Shown here: positions 1 to 12,489 of the stretch, one piece after another
How the letters are laid out: each line of letters starts with the position of its first letter
Numbering within the stretch: position 1 is the first letter of the stretch
Assembly (NCBI RefSeq): GCF_054482595.1
Contig: NZ_CM137008.1
Length of the DNA: 64,000 nucleotides
Strand: one strand, 5' to 3'
Program-made: the position numbers and the translations under genes
Notes under the pieces: generated by a model
Told to the model about the DNA's origin: nothing
Databases searched by the model: none
The model's input: only the letters and a program-made list of their open reading frames with translations

Positions 1-354
1 GTAAGAGATGGTGTTGATTAACCCAAGTGTTGGCATATAAGCAAACGAGTTAATCAATATCACAAGGAACATCGCTTCCGGCGTCGTGACCTGTGCCGCC
101 ATGAACAGCGTGATAGCGCCAATGGTGTGGCAAATGGCATATACCCATTTCGCACTTAACCATTTGTCGGCCACAATCCCCAGCAGCGCAGGCATAAAGA
201 CCGCGGCGATACCCAGTGAACTATAAACTGCGCCAATAGAAGCACCGTCAAACTTCAGGGTAACAAACATATAGGAGCCGAGGGTCGTCAGCCAACTTCC
301 CCACAGACAGAACTGCAGAAAAGAGAGGATTTTCAGCTGCAGCTTAAGATTCAT
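1..354 (-). CDS. nupG: Nucleoside:H+ symporter NupG, N-terminal part (truncated by window start)
   Basis: Reverse strand from the ATG at 354-352 translates MNLKLQLKILSFLQFCLWGSWLTTLGSYMFVTLKFDGASIGAVYSS..., matching NupG; no stop before the window edge; absent from the ORF track because it is incomplete. Confidence 0.85.
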   Translation of the reverse strand, partial: MNLKLQLKILSFLQFCLWGSWLTTLGSYMFVTLKFDGASIGAVYSSLGIAAVFMPALLGIVADKWLSAKWVYAICHTIGAITLFMAAQVTTPEAMFLVILINSFAYMPTLGLINTISY

Positions 355-555
355 GTTAATTTCCTCACATCGTGATGCGGATGAGTGTTTGAAAAAGCAC
401 ATTTGACCGTGCGAGATGATGGGATTCTATCAACTTCGCGGACTGGTTTTTTGTTACCTGTGGCAAATAATTGCAAACATTCCCAATTTGCAAAACGAAA
501 TTGTGATGTGGATAACATTTTTGCCCCTGAGCATCGTCAGGGGCGGTTAATGGAA
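355..555 (-). promoter_or_regulatory. nupG promoter region with CRP-like and CytR-like motifs
   Basis: CRP-like TGTGA-N6-TAACA at 502-517; repeated TTGCAA motifs at about 461-490; nupG is known to be CRP/CytR regulated; exact sites not verified. Confidence 0.4.
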
Positions 556-1662
<1,107 letters not shown>

Positions 1663-1699
1663 TTAAGCAAGCTGCCGGAGGCGTGCTCCGGCACTGTTT

Positions 1700-1978
<279 letters not shown>

Positions 1979-2002
1979 TCATCCTCTTTATCGACTCACG
2001 CG

Positions 2003-3055
2003 CTAAACCGGCGCGCCAGTGCGTAACTGCTGTAACAAACGCTCCACGGGAGCCGCCAGGCCAACTGACGGCGGTTGCGCTAAGTTATACCAGAGCGCAT
2101 TGCCTTCATCCATGCAGCCGGTGAATGACGACACGGGAAGCCACATAGGCACAATATCTAAGTGGAAATGGCTGAAGGTATGCCGAAACGCGGTCAGCTG
2201 CGTCAGGTTATCGGCAGCAATCTGCCGTTGCGCCAGCCACTGCCGCAAACTTTCTTCGTCGGCAAACTGCGGGAAACAGTATAAACCGCCCCACAATCCG
2301 CTCGGCGGACGCTGCGCCAGCAATACTTCATCTTCGTGCTGTAACAGGAGAAAGTAGCCGGTGCGCTCCGGCAGCGTCTGTTTCGGTTTTTTGCCCGGAT
2401 AAAGCGACCAGCTATTGTTGGTGGCGGCAATACATCCGTTTTGTAGCGGACAGAGCGAACATTTCGGCTTCGAACGCGTGCAAATCATCGCGCCCAAATC
2501 CATCATCGCCTGATTAAACCGTTCCACGCCGACCGCGGGCGTCACCTGCTCGCTCAAACTCCATAATTTATTCTCGACCTCTTTTTTCCCAGACCAGCCG
2601 CTTACAGCATAGCAGCGCGCCAGCACCCGTTTGACGTTACCGTCGAGAATCGGAAAGTGCTTACCCAGAGAAAGCGAGAGAATCGCGCCTGCGGTGGAAC
2701 GCCCGACGCCCGGCAGTGCTGCAACTTCCTCAAAGGTTTCCGGGAATTTACCGCCGTGTAAGGTCGCCACTTGTTGTGCCGCTTTATGCAGATTGCGCGC
2801 GCGGGCGTAATAGCCAAGCCCGGTCCACAAGTGGAGAACTTCGTCGAGCGGCGCATTGGCGAGATCGGTCACCGTCGGGAAGCGCGCCATAAAGCGTTCA
2901 AAATAGGGGATAACGGTCGCAACCTGAGTTTGTTGCAACATCACTTCTGAGAGCCATACTTTGTAGGGCGTCTTGTCAATTTGCCAGGGCAGAGTTTTTC
3001 GCCCGTATTTATCGTACCAGTCCAGAACCTGGGCTGAAAATTGCGACGCTTGCAT
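2003..3055 (-). CDS. mutY: Adenine DNA glycosylase MutY
   Basis: ORF 2003..3070; HhH-GPD and 4Fe-4S Cys motifs ([10 protein letters not shown]); start assigned to the internal Met [20 protein letters not shown]. Confidence 0.95.
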   Translation of the reverse strand: MQASQFSAQVLDWYDKYGRKTLPWQIDKTPYKVWLSEVMLQQTQVATVIPYFERFMARFPTVTDLANAPLDEVLHLWTGLGYYARARNLHKAAQQVATLHGGKFPETFEEVAALPGVGRSTAGAILSLSLGKHFPILDGNVKRVLARCYAVSGWSGKKEVENKLWSLSEQVTPAVGVERFNQAMMDLGAMICTRSKPKCSLCPLQNGCIAATNNSWSLYPGKKPKQTLPERTGYFLLLQHEDEVLLAQRPPSGLWGGLYCFPQFADEESLRQWLAQRQIAADNLTQLTAFRHTFSHFHLDIVPMWLPVSSFTGCMDEGNALWYNLAQPPSVGLAAPVERLLQQLRTGAPV

Positions 3056-3215
3056 GGTCACCGAATTCACTGTTGTTGGGGGCCAGATTGCAGCACAGCG
3101 ACGGCAGGGTGTAAACCGGAACTTTCCGCAGCCACGGCCTTATCATGCTTGCATCCGGCAACTAACTTTGGATAATGCCCGTTTTCAGAACACTTTCACA
3201 AGCGACTAAATCTTT

Positions 3216-3935
3216 ATGAAAAACGACGTCATTTCACCGGAATTTGATGAAAACGGCCGCCCACTGCGCCGTATCCGTAGTTTTGTGCGCCGCCAGGGGC
3301 GACTGACCAAAGGCCAGGAACATGCGCTGGAAAACTACTGGCCGGTGATGGGCGTTGAGTTCAGCGAAGATATGCTGGATTTCCCCGCGCTTTTTGGCCG
3401 TGAAGCGCCGGTGACGCTTGAGATTGGTTTTGGCATGGGGGCGTCGCTGGTGGCAATGGCTAAAGATCGCCCCGAGCAGGACTTCCTCGGCATTGAAGTG
3501 CATTCACCGGGCGTTGGTGCGTGCCTGGCTTCTGCGCATGAAGAGGGCTTAAGCAACCTGCGCGTGATGTGTCACGATGCGGTTGAAGTGCTGCATAAAA
3601 TGATTCCTGACAATTCATTGCGCATGGTGCAGCTCTTTTTCCCTGACCCGTGGCACAAAGCGCGCCATAATAAACGCCGTATCGTTCAGGTGCCGTTTGC
3701 CGAACTGGTAAAAAGCAAACTGCAGCTGGGGGGCGTATTCCATATGGCGACCGACTGGGAACCTTATGCGGAACATATGCTTGAAGTGATGTCTTCTATT
3801 GACGGTTATAAAAACCTGTCAGAGAGCAATGATTACGTACCGCGTCCGGCATCACGTCCGGTGACGAAATTTGAACAACGTGGTCATCGTCTTGGTCACG
3901 GAGTATGGGACTTAATGTTCGAGAGGGTGAAATAA
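3216..3935 (+). CDS. trmB: tRNA (guanine46-N7)-methyltransferase
   Basis: 239-aa ORF matching TrmB ([34 protein letters not shown]...). Confidence 0.95.
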   Translation: MKNDVISPEFDENGRPLRRIRSFVRRQGRLTKGQEHALENYWPVMGVEFSEDMLDFPALFGREAPVTLEIGFGMGASLVAMAKDRPEQDFLGIEVHSPGVGACLASAHEEGLSNLRVMCHDAVEVLHKMIPDNSLRMVQLFFPDPWHKARHNKRRIVQVPFAELVKSKLQLGGVFHMATDWEPYAEHMLEVMSSIDGYKNLSESNDYVPRPASRPVTKFEQRGHRLGHGVWDLMFERVK

Positions 3936-4261
3936 TGGCAAAGAACCGTAGCCGTCGTCTGCGTAAAAAAATGCACATCGACGAATTCCAGGAATTAGGA
4001 TTTTCGGTGGCATGGCGATTCCCGGAAGGTACATCGGAAGAACAGATTGATAAAACCGTTGATGATTTTATTAACGAGGTTATCGAACCGAACAAACTGG
4101 CCTTTGACGGCAGCGGTTATCTGGCCTGGGAAGGTCTGATCTGCATGCAGGAAATCGGCAAATGCACCGAAGAACATCAGGCGATTGTGCGTAAGTGGCT
4201 GGAAGAGCGCAAACTGGATGAGGTACGCACCAGCGAACTTTTCGACGTTTGGTGGGACTAA
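3935..4261 (+). CDS. yggL: DUF469 protein YggL
   Basis: ORF 3905..4261 with start at the internal ATG ([18 protein letters not shown]...); TAATG overlap with the trmB stop implies translational coupling. Confidence 0.9.
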   Translation: MAKNRSRRLRKKMHIDEFQELGFSVAWRFPEGTSEEQIDKTVDDFINEVIEPNKLAFDGSGYLAWEGLICMQEIGKCTEEHQAIVRKWLEERKLDEVRTSELFDVWWD

Positions 4262-4292
4262 GAAAGCATACGGGCGATGACAAATGCAAAAC

Positions 4293-4375
4293 TGCCTGAT
4301 GCGCTACGCTTATCATGCCTACAAAGATGCACGATCGAGTAGGCGGGATAAGGCGTTTACGCCGCATCCGGCATG
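4293..4375. repeat. REP (repetitive extragenic palindrome) element
   Basis: gcctgatgcgctacgcttatca ... ggataaggcgtttacgccgcatccggca; canonical REP sequence. Confidence 0.8.
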
Positions 4376-4444
4376 GAAAACGCGTACTTTGTTATCAATC
4401 TGGGGCCAGCAAATGCTGGCCTGATTTGTTCTTGAGGGAAGACT

Positions 4445-5164
4445 ATGATGCGCAAAATGCTGCTGGCGGCAGCACTTTCAGTGACGGCAATGACCGCTCA
4501 CGCCGACTACCAGTGCAGCGTCACGCCGCGTGACGATGTGATTGTCAGCCCGCAAACCGTGCAGGTGAAGGGCGAAAACGGCAATCTGGTGATCACGCCA
4601 GACGGCAACGTGATGTATAACGGTAAGCAATATTCCCTGAATGCCGCCCAGCGCGAGCAGGCGAAGGATTATCAGGCTGAACTACGTAGCACGCTGCCGT
4701 GGATTGATGAAGGCGCGAAAAGCCGCGTCGAGAAAGCCCGTATTGCTCTGGATAAAATTATCGTTCAGGAGATGGGCGAAAGCAGCAAAATGCGCAGCCG
4801 TCTGACCAAACTTGATGCGCAGCTGAAAGAGCAGATGAACCGTATTATCGAAACGCGCAGCGATGGCCTGACGTTCCACTATAAAGCCATTGATCAGGTT
4901 CGCGCTGAAGGCCAGCAATTAGTGAATCAGGCAATGGGCGGAATTTTACAGGACAGCATTAATGAAATGGGCGCGAAAGCGGTGCTGAAAAGCGGCGGCA
5001 ACCCATTACAGAATGTGCTGGGAAGTCTGGGCGGTCTGCAATCCTCAATCCAAACCGAGTGGAAAAAGCAGGAAAAAGATTTCCAGCAGTTTGGCAAAGA
5101 TGTTTGTAGCCGCGTTGTGACTCTGGAAGATAGCCGCAAAGCCCTGGTCGGGAATTTAAAATAA
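4445..5164 (+). CDS. yggN: DUF2884 periplasmic protein YggN
   Basis: 239-aa ORF with signal peptide (MMRKMLLAAALSVTAMTAHA) matching YggN. Confidence 0.9.
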   Translation: MMRKMLLAAALSVTAMTAHADYQCSVTPRDDVIVSPQTVQVKGENGNLVITPDGNVMYNGKQYSLNAAQREQAKDYQAELRSTLPWIDEGAKSRVEKARIALDKIIVQEMGESSKMRSRLTKLDAQLKEQMNRIIETRSDGLTFHYKAIDQVRAEGQQLVNQAMGGILQDSINEMGAKAVLKSGGNPLQNVLGSLGGLQSSIQTEWKKQEKDFQQFGKDVCSRVVTLEDSRKALVGNLK

Positions 5165-5254
5165 TCCTCTATTTTAAGACGGTATAATACTTTTTTATGC
5201 CGTTTAATTCTTCGTTTTGTTACCTGCCTCTAACTTTGTAGATCTCCAAAATAT

Positions 5255-5339
5255 ATTCACGTTGTAAATTGTTTAACGTCAAATTTCCCATGCAAAGCTA
5301 AGGGATAATGCGTAGCGTTCACGTAACTGGAGGAATGAA
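5255..5339 (+). promoter_or_regulatory. ansB promoter region (FNR/CRP-dependent)
   Basis: TTGTAAATTGTTTAACGTCAA at about 5262-5282, GATAAT -10-like at about 5301-5306; ansB is known to be co-activated by FNR and CRP; site assignment approximate. Confidence 0.4.
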
Positions 5340-6386
5340 ATGGAGTTTTTCAAAAAGACGGCACTTGCCGCACTGGTTATGGGTTTTAGTGGTGCAGCAT
5401 TGGCATTACCCAATATCACCATTTTAGCAACCGGCGGGACCATTGCCGGTGGTGGTGACTCCGCAACCAAATCTAACTACACAGCGGGTAAAGTTGGCGT
5501 AGAAAATCTGGTTAATGCGGTGCCGCAACTGAAGGACATTGCGAACGTTAAAGGCGAGCAGGTAGTGAATATCGGCTCCCAGGACATGAACGATGATGTC
5601 TGGCTGACACTGGCGAAAAAAATTAACACCGACTGCGATAAAACCGACGGTTTCGTCATTACTCACGGTACCGACACGATGGAAGAAACCGCTTACTTCC
5701 TCGACCTGACGGTGAAATGCGACAAACCGGTGGTGATGGTCGGCGCAATGCGCCCGTCCACGTCCATGAGCGCAGACGGTCCATTCAACCTGTATAACGC
5801 GGTAGTGACTGCAGCTGATAAAGCCTCCGCTAATCGTGGCGTGCTGGTGGTGATGAACGACACCGTACTGGATGGGCGGGATGTCACCAAAACCAACACC
5901 ACCGACGTAGCGACCTTCAAGTCTGTTAACTACGGTCCTCTGGGTTACATTCACAACGGTAAGATTGACTACCAACGTACCCCGGCACGTAAGCACACCA
6001 GCGACACGCCGTTCGATGTCTCTAAGCTGAATGAACTGCCGAAAGTCGGCATTGTTTATAACTACGCTAACGCATCCGATCTTCCGGCTAAAGCACTGGT
6101 AGATGCGGGCTATGATGGCATCGTTAGCGCTGGTGTGGGTAACGGCAACCTGTATAAAACCGTATTTGACACTCTGGCGACCGCCGCGAAAAACGGCACT
6201 GCAGTCGTGCGTTCTTCCCGCGTACCGACGGGCGCTACCACTCAGGATGCCGAAGTGGATGATGCGAAATACGGCTTCGTCGCCTCTGGCACGTTGAACC
6301 CGCAAAAAGCGCGCGTTCTGCTGCAACTGGCTCTGACGCAAACCAAAGATCCGCAGCAGATCCAGCAGATCTTCAATCAGTACTAA
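5340..6386 (+). CDS. ansB: Periplasmic L-asparaginase II
   Basis: 348-aa ORF with signal peptide and asparaginase motifs (ILATGGTIAG, HGTDTMEETA). Confidence 0.97.
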   Translation: MEFFKKTALAALVMGFSGAALALPNITILATGGTIAGGGDSATKSNYTAGKVGVENLVNAVPQLKDIANVKGEQVVNIGSQDMNDDVWLTLAKKINTDCDKTDGFVITHGTDTMEETAYFLDLTVKCDKPVVMVGAMRPSTSMSADGPFNLYNAVVTAADKASANRGVLVVMNDTVLDGRDVTKTNTTDVATFKSVNYGPLGYIHNGKIDYQRTPARKHTSDTPFDVSKLNELPKVGIVYNYANASDLPAKALVDAGYDGIVSAGVGNGNLYKTVFDTLATAAKNGTAVVRSSRVPTGATTQDAEVDDAKYGFVASGTLNPQKARVLLQLALTQTKDPQQIQQIFNQY

Positions 6387-6393
6387 CCACCTC

Positions 6394-6420
6394 GCCCCGG
6401 TATCGTGCCGGGGCTTTTTC
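6394..6420 (+). terminator. Intrinsic terminator after ansB
   Basis: Hairpin gccccgg-tatcgtg-ccggggc followed by TTTTT. Confidence 0.7.
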
Positions 6421-6502
6421 ACTTCAGACTTACGTCCATTGCCAATTTTTATTACCCTGATGATAATCACCGGAATAAATTATTCCGCGCGAGGGTTTTC
6501 GG

Positions 6503-7510
6503 GTGAAAAAGCAATGGATTGTTGGCACGGCGCTGCTTGTGTTGATGACTGGTAATGTCTGGGCAGATGGCGAACCGCCAACTGAAAATATCTTAAAAGC
6601 TCAATTCAAAAAGCAGTATCACGGCATTCTCAAGCTTGATGCCATCACCTTAAAAAATCTTGATGCTAAGGGTAATCAGGCCACCTGGTCAGCGGAAGGC
6701 GATGTCTCTTCCAGTGACGATCTCTATACCTGGGTCGGTCAGTTGGCAGATTACGAACTGCTCGAACAGACCTGGACGAAAGATAAACCGGTAAAATTCT
6801 CGGCGATGTTAACCAGTAAAGGAACGCCCGCGTCTGGCTGGTCGGTGAACTTTTACTCTTTTCAGGCGGCAGCCAGCGATCGTGGGCGGGTGGTCGACGA
6901 TATCAAAACGAATAATAAATATCTGATCGTGAATAGCGAAGATTTCAATTATCGCTTTAGTCAGCTTGAGTCTGCGTTGAATACCCAGAAGAACTCGATT
7001 CCTGCGCTGGAAAAGGAAGTGAAAGCGCTTGATAAGCAAATGGTGGCGGCGCAGAAAGCAGCGGATGCATATTGGGGAAAAGATGCAAACGGTAAGCAAA
7101 TGACCCGCGAAGACGCCTTTAAAAAAATTCACCAACAGCGTGATGAGTTTAATAAACAGAATGATAGCGAGGCGTTCGCGGTTAAATATGACAAAGAGGT
7201 TTATCAACCGGCGATTGCGGCATGTCATAAACAGAGTGAAGAGTGTTATGAAGTGCCGATTCAGCAGAAGCGAGATTTCGATATCAACGAACAACGGCGA
7301 CAGACTTTTCTGCAATCACAAAAACTTAGCCGTAAATTGCAGGATGACTGGATAACGCTCGAAAAAGGGCAATATCCTTTAACGATGAAAGTTTCAGAAA
7401 TAAACAGTAAAAAAGTCGCGATTTTGATGAAAATTGACGATATCAACCAGGCTAATGAACGCTGGAAAAAAGATACCGAACAACTGCGGCGCAATGGGGT
7501 GATTAAGTAA
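6503..7510 (+). CDS. yggM: DUF1202 protein YggM (GTG start)
   Basis: 335-aa ORF with signal peptide matching YggM. Confidence 0.9.
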   Translation: MKKQWIVGTALLVLMTGNVWADGEPPTENILKAQFKKQYHGILKLDAITLKNLDAKGNQATWSAEGDVSSSDDLYTWVGQLADYELLEQTWTKDKPVKFSAMLTSKGTPASGWSVNFYSFQAAASDRGRVVDDIKTNNKYLIVNSEDFNYRFSQLESALNTQKNSIPALEKEVKALDKQMVAAQKAADAYWGKDANGKQMTREDAFKKIHQQRDEFNKQNDSEAFAVKYDKEVYQPAIAACHKQSEECYEVPIQQKRDFDINEQRRQTFLQSQKLSRKLQDDWITLEKGQYPLTMKVSEINSKKVAILMKIDDINQANERWKKDTEQLRRNGVIK

Positions 7511-7533
7511 TTTTTGCGATAACGCATGAGTTG

Positions 7534-7571
7534 TGGCCGGATGCTGCGTACACGCACGCCGCATCCGGCAA
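7534..7571. repeat. REP element
   Basis: gccggatgctgcgtacacgcacgccgcatccggc palindromic REP-like unit. Confidence 0.6.
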
Positions 7572-7578
7572 TACAAAT

Positions 7579-8715
7579 TTACTCCGCCAGAAAAAGCTCC
7601 AGCAGCGAATTTAAAAACAGCTTCCCATGTTCCGTTATTTGCCAGTAATCCGCACATTCTGTGAGATAACCCTGAGCGATAGCCTCTTCTAACTGTGGGC
7701 GAATAACTTCTTCAGAAAGGCCAGTATACTGGCTAAACTCCATGCGCGGCGCGGCCTCCAGCAGACGGAAGCGATTCATAAAGAACTCAAACGGCTTATC
7801 TGCGGCTTCGACATCACGCTGGCTTTCCAGATACCTTCCTTGCATAAAACCACGCGGGTGACGCGTTTTGGTGGTACGCAGAATGCGACCATCCGGGAAG
7901 GTGACTTTGCCGTGCGCGCCGCAGCCAATACCGATGTAGTCACCAAATCGCCAGTAGTTGAGATTGTGCTGGCACTGATAACCGGGTTTGGCGTAAGCGG
8001 AAGTTTCATATTGCTGATAACCCGCTGCGGTTAATAACTGATGCCCCTGTTCGAAAATATCCCACAGCGCGTCATCGTCCGGCAGCACCGGTGGTCGCGA
8101 ACCAAACAGCGTATTGGGTTCGATGGTCAGTTGATACCAGGAAAGATGCGGCGGATTCAGTTCAATGGCCTGGCGTAGATCGCCAAGCGCCTCTTCCAGT
8201 GATTGATCCGGCAGCCCATGCATCAAATCAAGGTTAAAGCTACGCAGCCCCAGCCCGCTCGCCAGCTTTGCCGCTCGATTCGCTTCTTGCGGGCCATGAA
8301 TACGCCCAAGTCGTTTCAGCTTTTCTTCGCTAAAACTCTGCACACCAATAGAGATGCGGTTCACACCAGCACGCTGATAATCGACAAAGCGATCCGCTTC
8401 TACCGTGCCTGGGTTCGCTTCCATAGTAATTTCTGCATCCGCTGCCAGCGGCAAACGCGCACGCACGCCGTCCAGCAGCGTTTGCATCGCCGGGCCGGAA
8501 AGCAGGCTCGGCGTACCACCGCCAATAAAGATTGTCTTTACTTCACGGCCCTGAGCGTAAGCCACATCATTGTCCAGATCGCAAAGCAGATGCTGAACAT
8601 AATCGTCGTGCGGCACTTCTCCTTTCAACGCGTGAGAGTTGAAATCGCAGTACGGGCATTTCTGCACGCACCACGGGATGTGAATGTAGAGACTCAGCGG
8701 CGGTAATTTAACCAT
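7579..8715 (-). CDS. hemW: Radical-SAM heme chaperone HemW (YggW)
   Basis: 378-aa ORF with CxxxCxxC radical-SAM motif ([10 protein letters not shown]). Confidence 0.95.
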   Translation of the reverse strand: MVKLPPLSLYIHIPWCVQKCPYCDFNSHALKGEVPHDDYVQHLLCDLDNDVAYAQGREVKTIFIGGGTPSLLSGPAMQTLLDGVRARLPLAADAEITMEANPGTVEADRFVDYQRAGVNRISIGVQSFSEEKLKRLGRIHGPQEANRAAKLASGLGLRSFNLDLMHGLPDQSLEEALGDLRQAIELNPPHLSWYQLTIEPNTLFGSRPPVLPDDDALWDIFEQGHQLLTAAGYQQYETSAYAKPGYQCQHNLNYWRFGDYIGIGCGAHGKVTFPDGRILRTTKTRHPRGFMQGRYLESQRDVEAADKPFEFFMNRFRLLEAAPRMEFSQYTGLSEEVIRPQLEEAIAQGYLTECADYWQITEHGKLFLNSLLELFLAE

Positions 8716-9301
8716 TACGTAAAGCGTCCAGCAGCAGTTTCAATGCCTGACCACGGTGGGAAATGGCGCTCTTTTCTTCGCGGGTCAGTTCGGCAGCGGT
8801 TTTCCCTTCGGAAGGTACGAAGAAGATTGGATCATAACCAAAGCCGCCAGTACCCGCTGGTTCACGAGTAATCATGCCCGGCCAACTACCGTGGCACACC
8901 AGCGGAGTCGGATCTTCCGCGTGACGCAGATATACCAGCACGCAGTGGAAACGCGCCTGACGTTGGTCGTCCGGTACGTCTTTCAGTGTTTCCAGCAGTT
9001 TTTGCAGATTCTTTTGATCGGTCGCGTCTTCACCGGAATAACGCGCGGAGTAAATCCCCGGCGCACCGCCAAGTACATCTACCGCCAGACCGGAGTCGTC
9101 GGCAATTGCCGGTAAACCGGTCACTTTTGCCGCATGGCGCGCTTTCAGAATCGCGTTTTCGATAAAGGTCAGGCCGGTTTCTTCAGCGGAATCTACGCCG
9201 AGGTCTGTTTGGGCCACGATATCAAGACCGAAGTCGCTAAGCAGCGACGCCAGCTCACGCACTTTACCGGCATTGCCGGTTGCGAGGACAACTTTTTGCA
9301 T
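8708..9301 (-). CDS. rdgB: dITP/XTP pyrophosphatase
   Basis: 197-aa ORF matching RdgB/Ham1 ([21 protein letters not shown]...); 8-bp overlap with hemW. Confidence 0.95.
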   Translation of the reverse strand: MQKVVLATGNAGKVRELASLLSDFGLDIVAQTDLGVDSAEETGLTFIENAILKARHAAKVTGLPAIADDSGLAVDVLGGAPGIYSARYSGEDATDQKNLQKLLETLKDVPDDQRQARFHCVLVYLRHAEDPTPLVCHGSWPGMITREPAGTGGFGYDPIFFVPSEGKTAAELTREEKSAISHRGQALKLLLDALRNG

Positions 9302-9308
9302 AGGATAC

Positions 9309-9599
9309 CTAATTAATTAACGCCGCGATTTCTGGCGGGATTTGTTGCGGATTAATGATTTTAATTTGTTTGTGGCGGCCAAGTTCGCCTTTTTCAATCA
9401 CCACCTGGCTTTTGGCAACCCGGAATTGCTTACCGAGGAACTTCACCAGATGGCTGTTGGCCTGACCGTCAACCGGTGGCGCGGTAATGGCGACTTTTAC
9501 CTCGTCGCCATGTAAACCGACAATAGAATCACGGCTGGCTTTCGGCTGAATATAGAGCCGTAAAACCAGACCGTCATCATTAACTGTTACGGCACTCAT
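9309..9599 (-). CDS. yggU: DUF167 protein YggU
   Basis: ORF 9309..9611; probable start at the internal Met ([24 protein letters not shown]...); overlaps the yggT stop. Confidence 0.85.
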
Positions 9600-10162
9600 A
9601 ACGCCATCCACAGCCCCGGCAGCAGCATGTTTCCGGTTGCCTGTAATACTTCTGCGACACCCATATTGATGACATACAGCAGCAGAACGAGGATCATCGG
9701 CGAGAAATCAATCCCACCCATTGCTGGTAGCAGGCGGCGAATCGGGCGCAGCAGCGGATCGGCCAGCTGAATCAGCACGTATTCAATCGGGCTACGACCC
9801 TGGCTTACCCAGCTCATAATCGCCATCACCAGCAGGACCCAGAAAATCAGCAGGCCGATGGTTTTCAGCAGAATCAGTAAACCGGCAATCCAGATGATTG
9901 GCAGGAAGGTCACCACTTTAAACAGCACAATGGCTTTGATAAAACTGAGAATATAGGCAACCAGCAGCGAGGCGCTGTCAATGGGTCCCATTGCCGGAAT
10001 AACGCGGCGCAGTGGCCCGATAATTGGCTGCGTTACCTTCACTACAAACTGTGAGAAGGGGTTGTAAAAATCACAATGAGCCCACTGCATCCAGATGCGT
10101 AATAACAGCACCATGGTATACAGCTCAATGACCGTTGAAAGCAGGAAAGTCAACGTATTCAT
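9596..10162 (-). CDS. yggT: YggT family inner-membrane protein
   Basis: 188-aa hydrophobic ORF matching YggT. Confidence 0.9.
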
Positions 10163-10179
10163 GGCGTTCCTTTAATTCC

Positions 10180-10884
10180 TTATTTTTTAGAGTAATCACG
10201 CGCACCAAAAATTGCAGTGCCGATACGAACCATCGTGCTACCTGCCGCAATGGCGGCTTCCATATCGTCCGACATTCCCAGAGAGAGCGTGTCGATATGC
10301 GGGTAGCGCGTTTTCAGTCCGGCAAATGCTACAGCCATTTGGCGTGCAACTTCAAACTGCCTTACATATTCTGACTCAGGCGCAGGGATTGCCATCAGCC
10401 CGCGCAGACGTAAACGCGGTAGTTCAGCGACCGCAGCTGCCAGCTCGTCCAGTTCTGCCAGTTGAATCCCGGACTTACTGTTTTCATCACTAATATTAAT
10501 TTGAATCAGTACGTTAAGAGGGGGAAGTTCTGCCGGGCGCTGATCGTTGAGGCGGGTAGCAATGCGCAAACGGTCGATGGTATGACACCAGTCGAAATGC
10601 TCTGCCACCAGGCGGCTTTTATTAGACTGCAACGGGCCAATAAAATGCCATTCTAATCCTGTTACGCCCAGTTCCTGAAAGTGGCGAATTTTATCTACCC
10701 CTTCCTGAACGTAGTTTTCACCAAATTGACGCTGCCCGGCATCAATGGCTTCTGCGATGGCGCTCGCAGGTTTTGTTTTACTGACTGCAAGCAGCGTAAT
10801 TTCTTCTGGAGAACGGCCGCAACGCGTTGCAGCCGCTGAGATTTTGTCCCGGACCTGTGCCAGGTTATGCGCAATATCGTTCAT
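10180..10884 (-). CDS. yggS: PLP-homeostasis protein YggS
   Basis: 234-aa ORF matching YggS (MNDIAHNLAQVRDKISAAATRCGRSPEEITLLAVSKTKP...). Confidence 0.95.
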   Translation of the reverse strand: MNDIAHNLAQVRDKISAAATRCGRSPEEITLLAVSKTKPASAIAEAIDAGQRQFGENYVQEGVDKIRHFQELGVTGLEWHFIGPLQSNKSRLVAEHFDWCHTIDRLRIATRLNDQRPAELPPLNVLIQINISDENSKSGIQLAELDELAAAVAELPRLRLRGLMAIPAPESEYVRQFEVARQMAVAFAGLKTRYPHIDTLSLGMSDDMEAAIAAGSTMVRIGTAIFGARDYSKK

Positions 10885-10901
10885 TTTCCGAGGATCTTAG
10901 T

Positions 10902-11882
10902 ATGAATATGGAAGAAATTGTGGCCCTTAGTGTAAAGCATAACGTCTCGGATCTACACCTGTGCAGCGCCTGGCCCGCACGATGGCGCATTCGCGGGCTA
11001 ATGGAAGCTGCGCCGTTTGATGCGCCGGACGTCGAAGAGCTACTGCGGGAGTGGCTGGATGACGATCAGCGGGCAATATTGCTGGAAAATGGTCAGCTGG
11101 ATTTTGCCGTGTCGCTGGCGGAAAACCAGCGATTGCGCGGCAGTGCGTTCGCACAACGGCAAGGTATTTCTCTGGCGTTACGGTTGTTACCTTCGTGCTG
11201 CCCGCAGCTCGAACAGCTTGGCGCACCACCGGTATTGCCGGAATTACTCAAGAGCGAGAATGGCCTGATTCTGGTGACGGGGGCGACGGGGAGTGGTAAA
11301 TCCACCACGCTGGCGGCAATGGTTGGCTATCTCAATCAACATGCCGATGCGCATATTCTGACGCTGGAAGATCCTGTTGAATATCTCTATGCCAGCCAGC
11401 GATGTTTGATCCAGCAGCGGGAAATCGGTTTGAATTGTATGACGTTCGCATCGGGATTGCGGGCCGCATTGCGGGAAGATCCTGATGTGATTTTGCTCGG
11501 AGAGCTGCGTGACAGCGAGACAATCCGTCTGGCGCTGACGGCGGCAGAAACCGGGCATTTGGTGCTGGCAACATTACATACGCGTGGTGCGGCGCAGGCA
11601 GTTGAGCGGCTGGTGGATTCATTTCCGGCGCAGGAAAAAGACCCCGTACGTAATCAACTGGCAGGTAGTTTACGGGCAGTGTTGTCACAAAAGCTGGAAG
11701 TGGATAAACAGGAAGGACGCGTGGCGCTGTTTGAATTGCTGATTAACACACCCGCGGTGGGGAATTTGATTCGCGAAGGGAAAACCCACCAGTTACCGCA
11801 TGTTATTCAAACCGGGCAGCAGGTGGGGATGATAACGTTTCAGCAGAGTTATCAGCAGCGAGTGGGGGAAGGGCGTTTGTGA
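10902..11882 (+). CDS. yggR: PilT-family type IV pilus retraction ATPase homolog
   Basis: ORF 10827..11882; start at the internal ATG (MNMEEIVALSVKHNVSDLHL...); Walker A GATGSGKST. Confidence 0.9.
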   Translation: MNMEEIVALSVKHNVSDLHLCSAWPARWRIRGLMEAAPFDAPDVEELLREWLDDDQRAILLENGQLDFAVSLAENQRLRGSAFAQRQGISLALRLLPSCCPQLEQLGAPPVLPELLKSENGLILVTGATGSGKSTTLAAMVGYLNQHADAHILTLEDPVEYLYASQRCLIQQREIGLNCMTFASGLRAALREDPDVILLGELRDSETIRLALTAAETGHLVLATLHTRGAAQAVERLVDSFPAQEKDPVRNQLAGSLRAVLSQKLEVDKQEGRVALFELLINTPAVGNLIREGKTHQLPHVIQTGQQVGMITFQQSYQQRVGEGRL

Positions 11883-11889
11883 CGTTGCC

Positions 11890-12030
11890 ATGCCCGATGT
11901 GCAAGCTTATCGGGCCTACAAAGGCAATAAACGTCTGATGCGACGCTTGCGCGTCTTATCAGACCTACAACCGCTGCCACATGTAGGCCGGATAAGGCGT
12001 TCACGCCGCATCCGGCAATAAGGCGTAAGG
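11890..12030. repeat. BIME / cluster of REP elements
   Basis: Several REP units (gcccgatgtgcaagcttatcgggcctaca; gtaggccggataaggcgttcacgccgcatccggca). Confidence 0.75.
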
Positions 12031-12072
12031 CGCGATGATATTATTTACACTCCGCCAGGCTTTTAAATCGCC

Positions 12073-12489
12073 TTAATATCCCTGCTCGAAATAGCTTTCG
12101 AGAATAATAACCGCAGAGGCAGAGTCAACTTTGCCTTTGTTGAGCGCCCGATAGCCGCCCTGTTCAAACAGACCGGAACGTGCCTCCACGGTGCTAAGAC
12201 GCTCGTCATGGAGCTTTACTTCAACACCGAAACGACCATGAATACGGTTGGCAAATTTACGCGCTCTGGCAGTCAATGGTTGCTCGGTACCGTCCATATT
12301 CAGCGGCAAACCGACGATGATTTCGTCCGGCTGCCACTCTTTCAGTAAACGCTCGATAATGTTCCAGTCCGGCGTACCGTCCTGTGCTTTAATTGCAGGC
12401 AAAGGGCGAGCGGTGCCGGTAATGCGTTGGCCGACCGCTACGCCAATGCTTTTGGTGCCGAAGTCGAAGGCGAGTAAGGTTCCACTCAT
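12073..12489 (-). CDS. ruvX: Putative pre-16S rRNA nuclease / Holliday junction resolvase-like RuvX (YqgF)
   Basis: ORF 12073..12615; start at the internal Met ([21 protein letters not shown]...) giving 138 aa. Confidence 0.9.

Noticed and set aside
5424-6470. 348-aa minus-strand ORF antisense to ansB
   Set aside because: Fully overlaps the strongly supported ansB gene on the opposite strand; no recognisable protein features; a typical antisense open frame in GC-rich coding DNA
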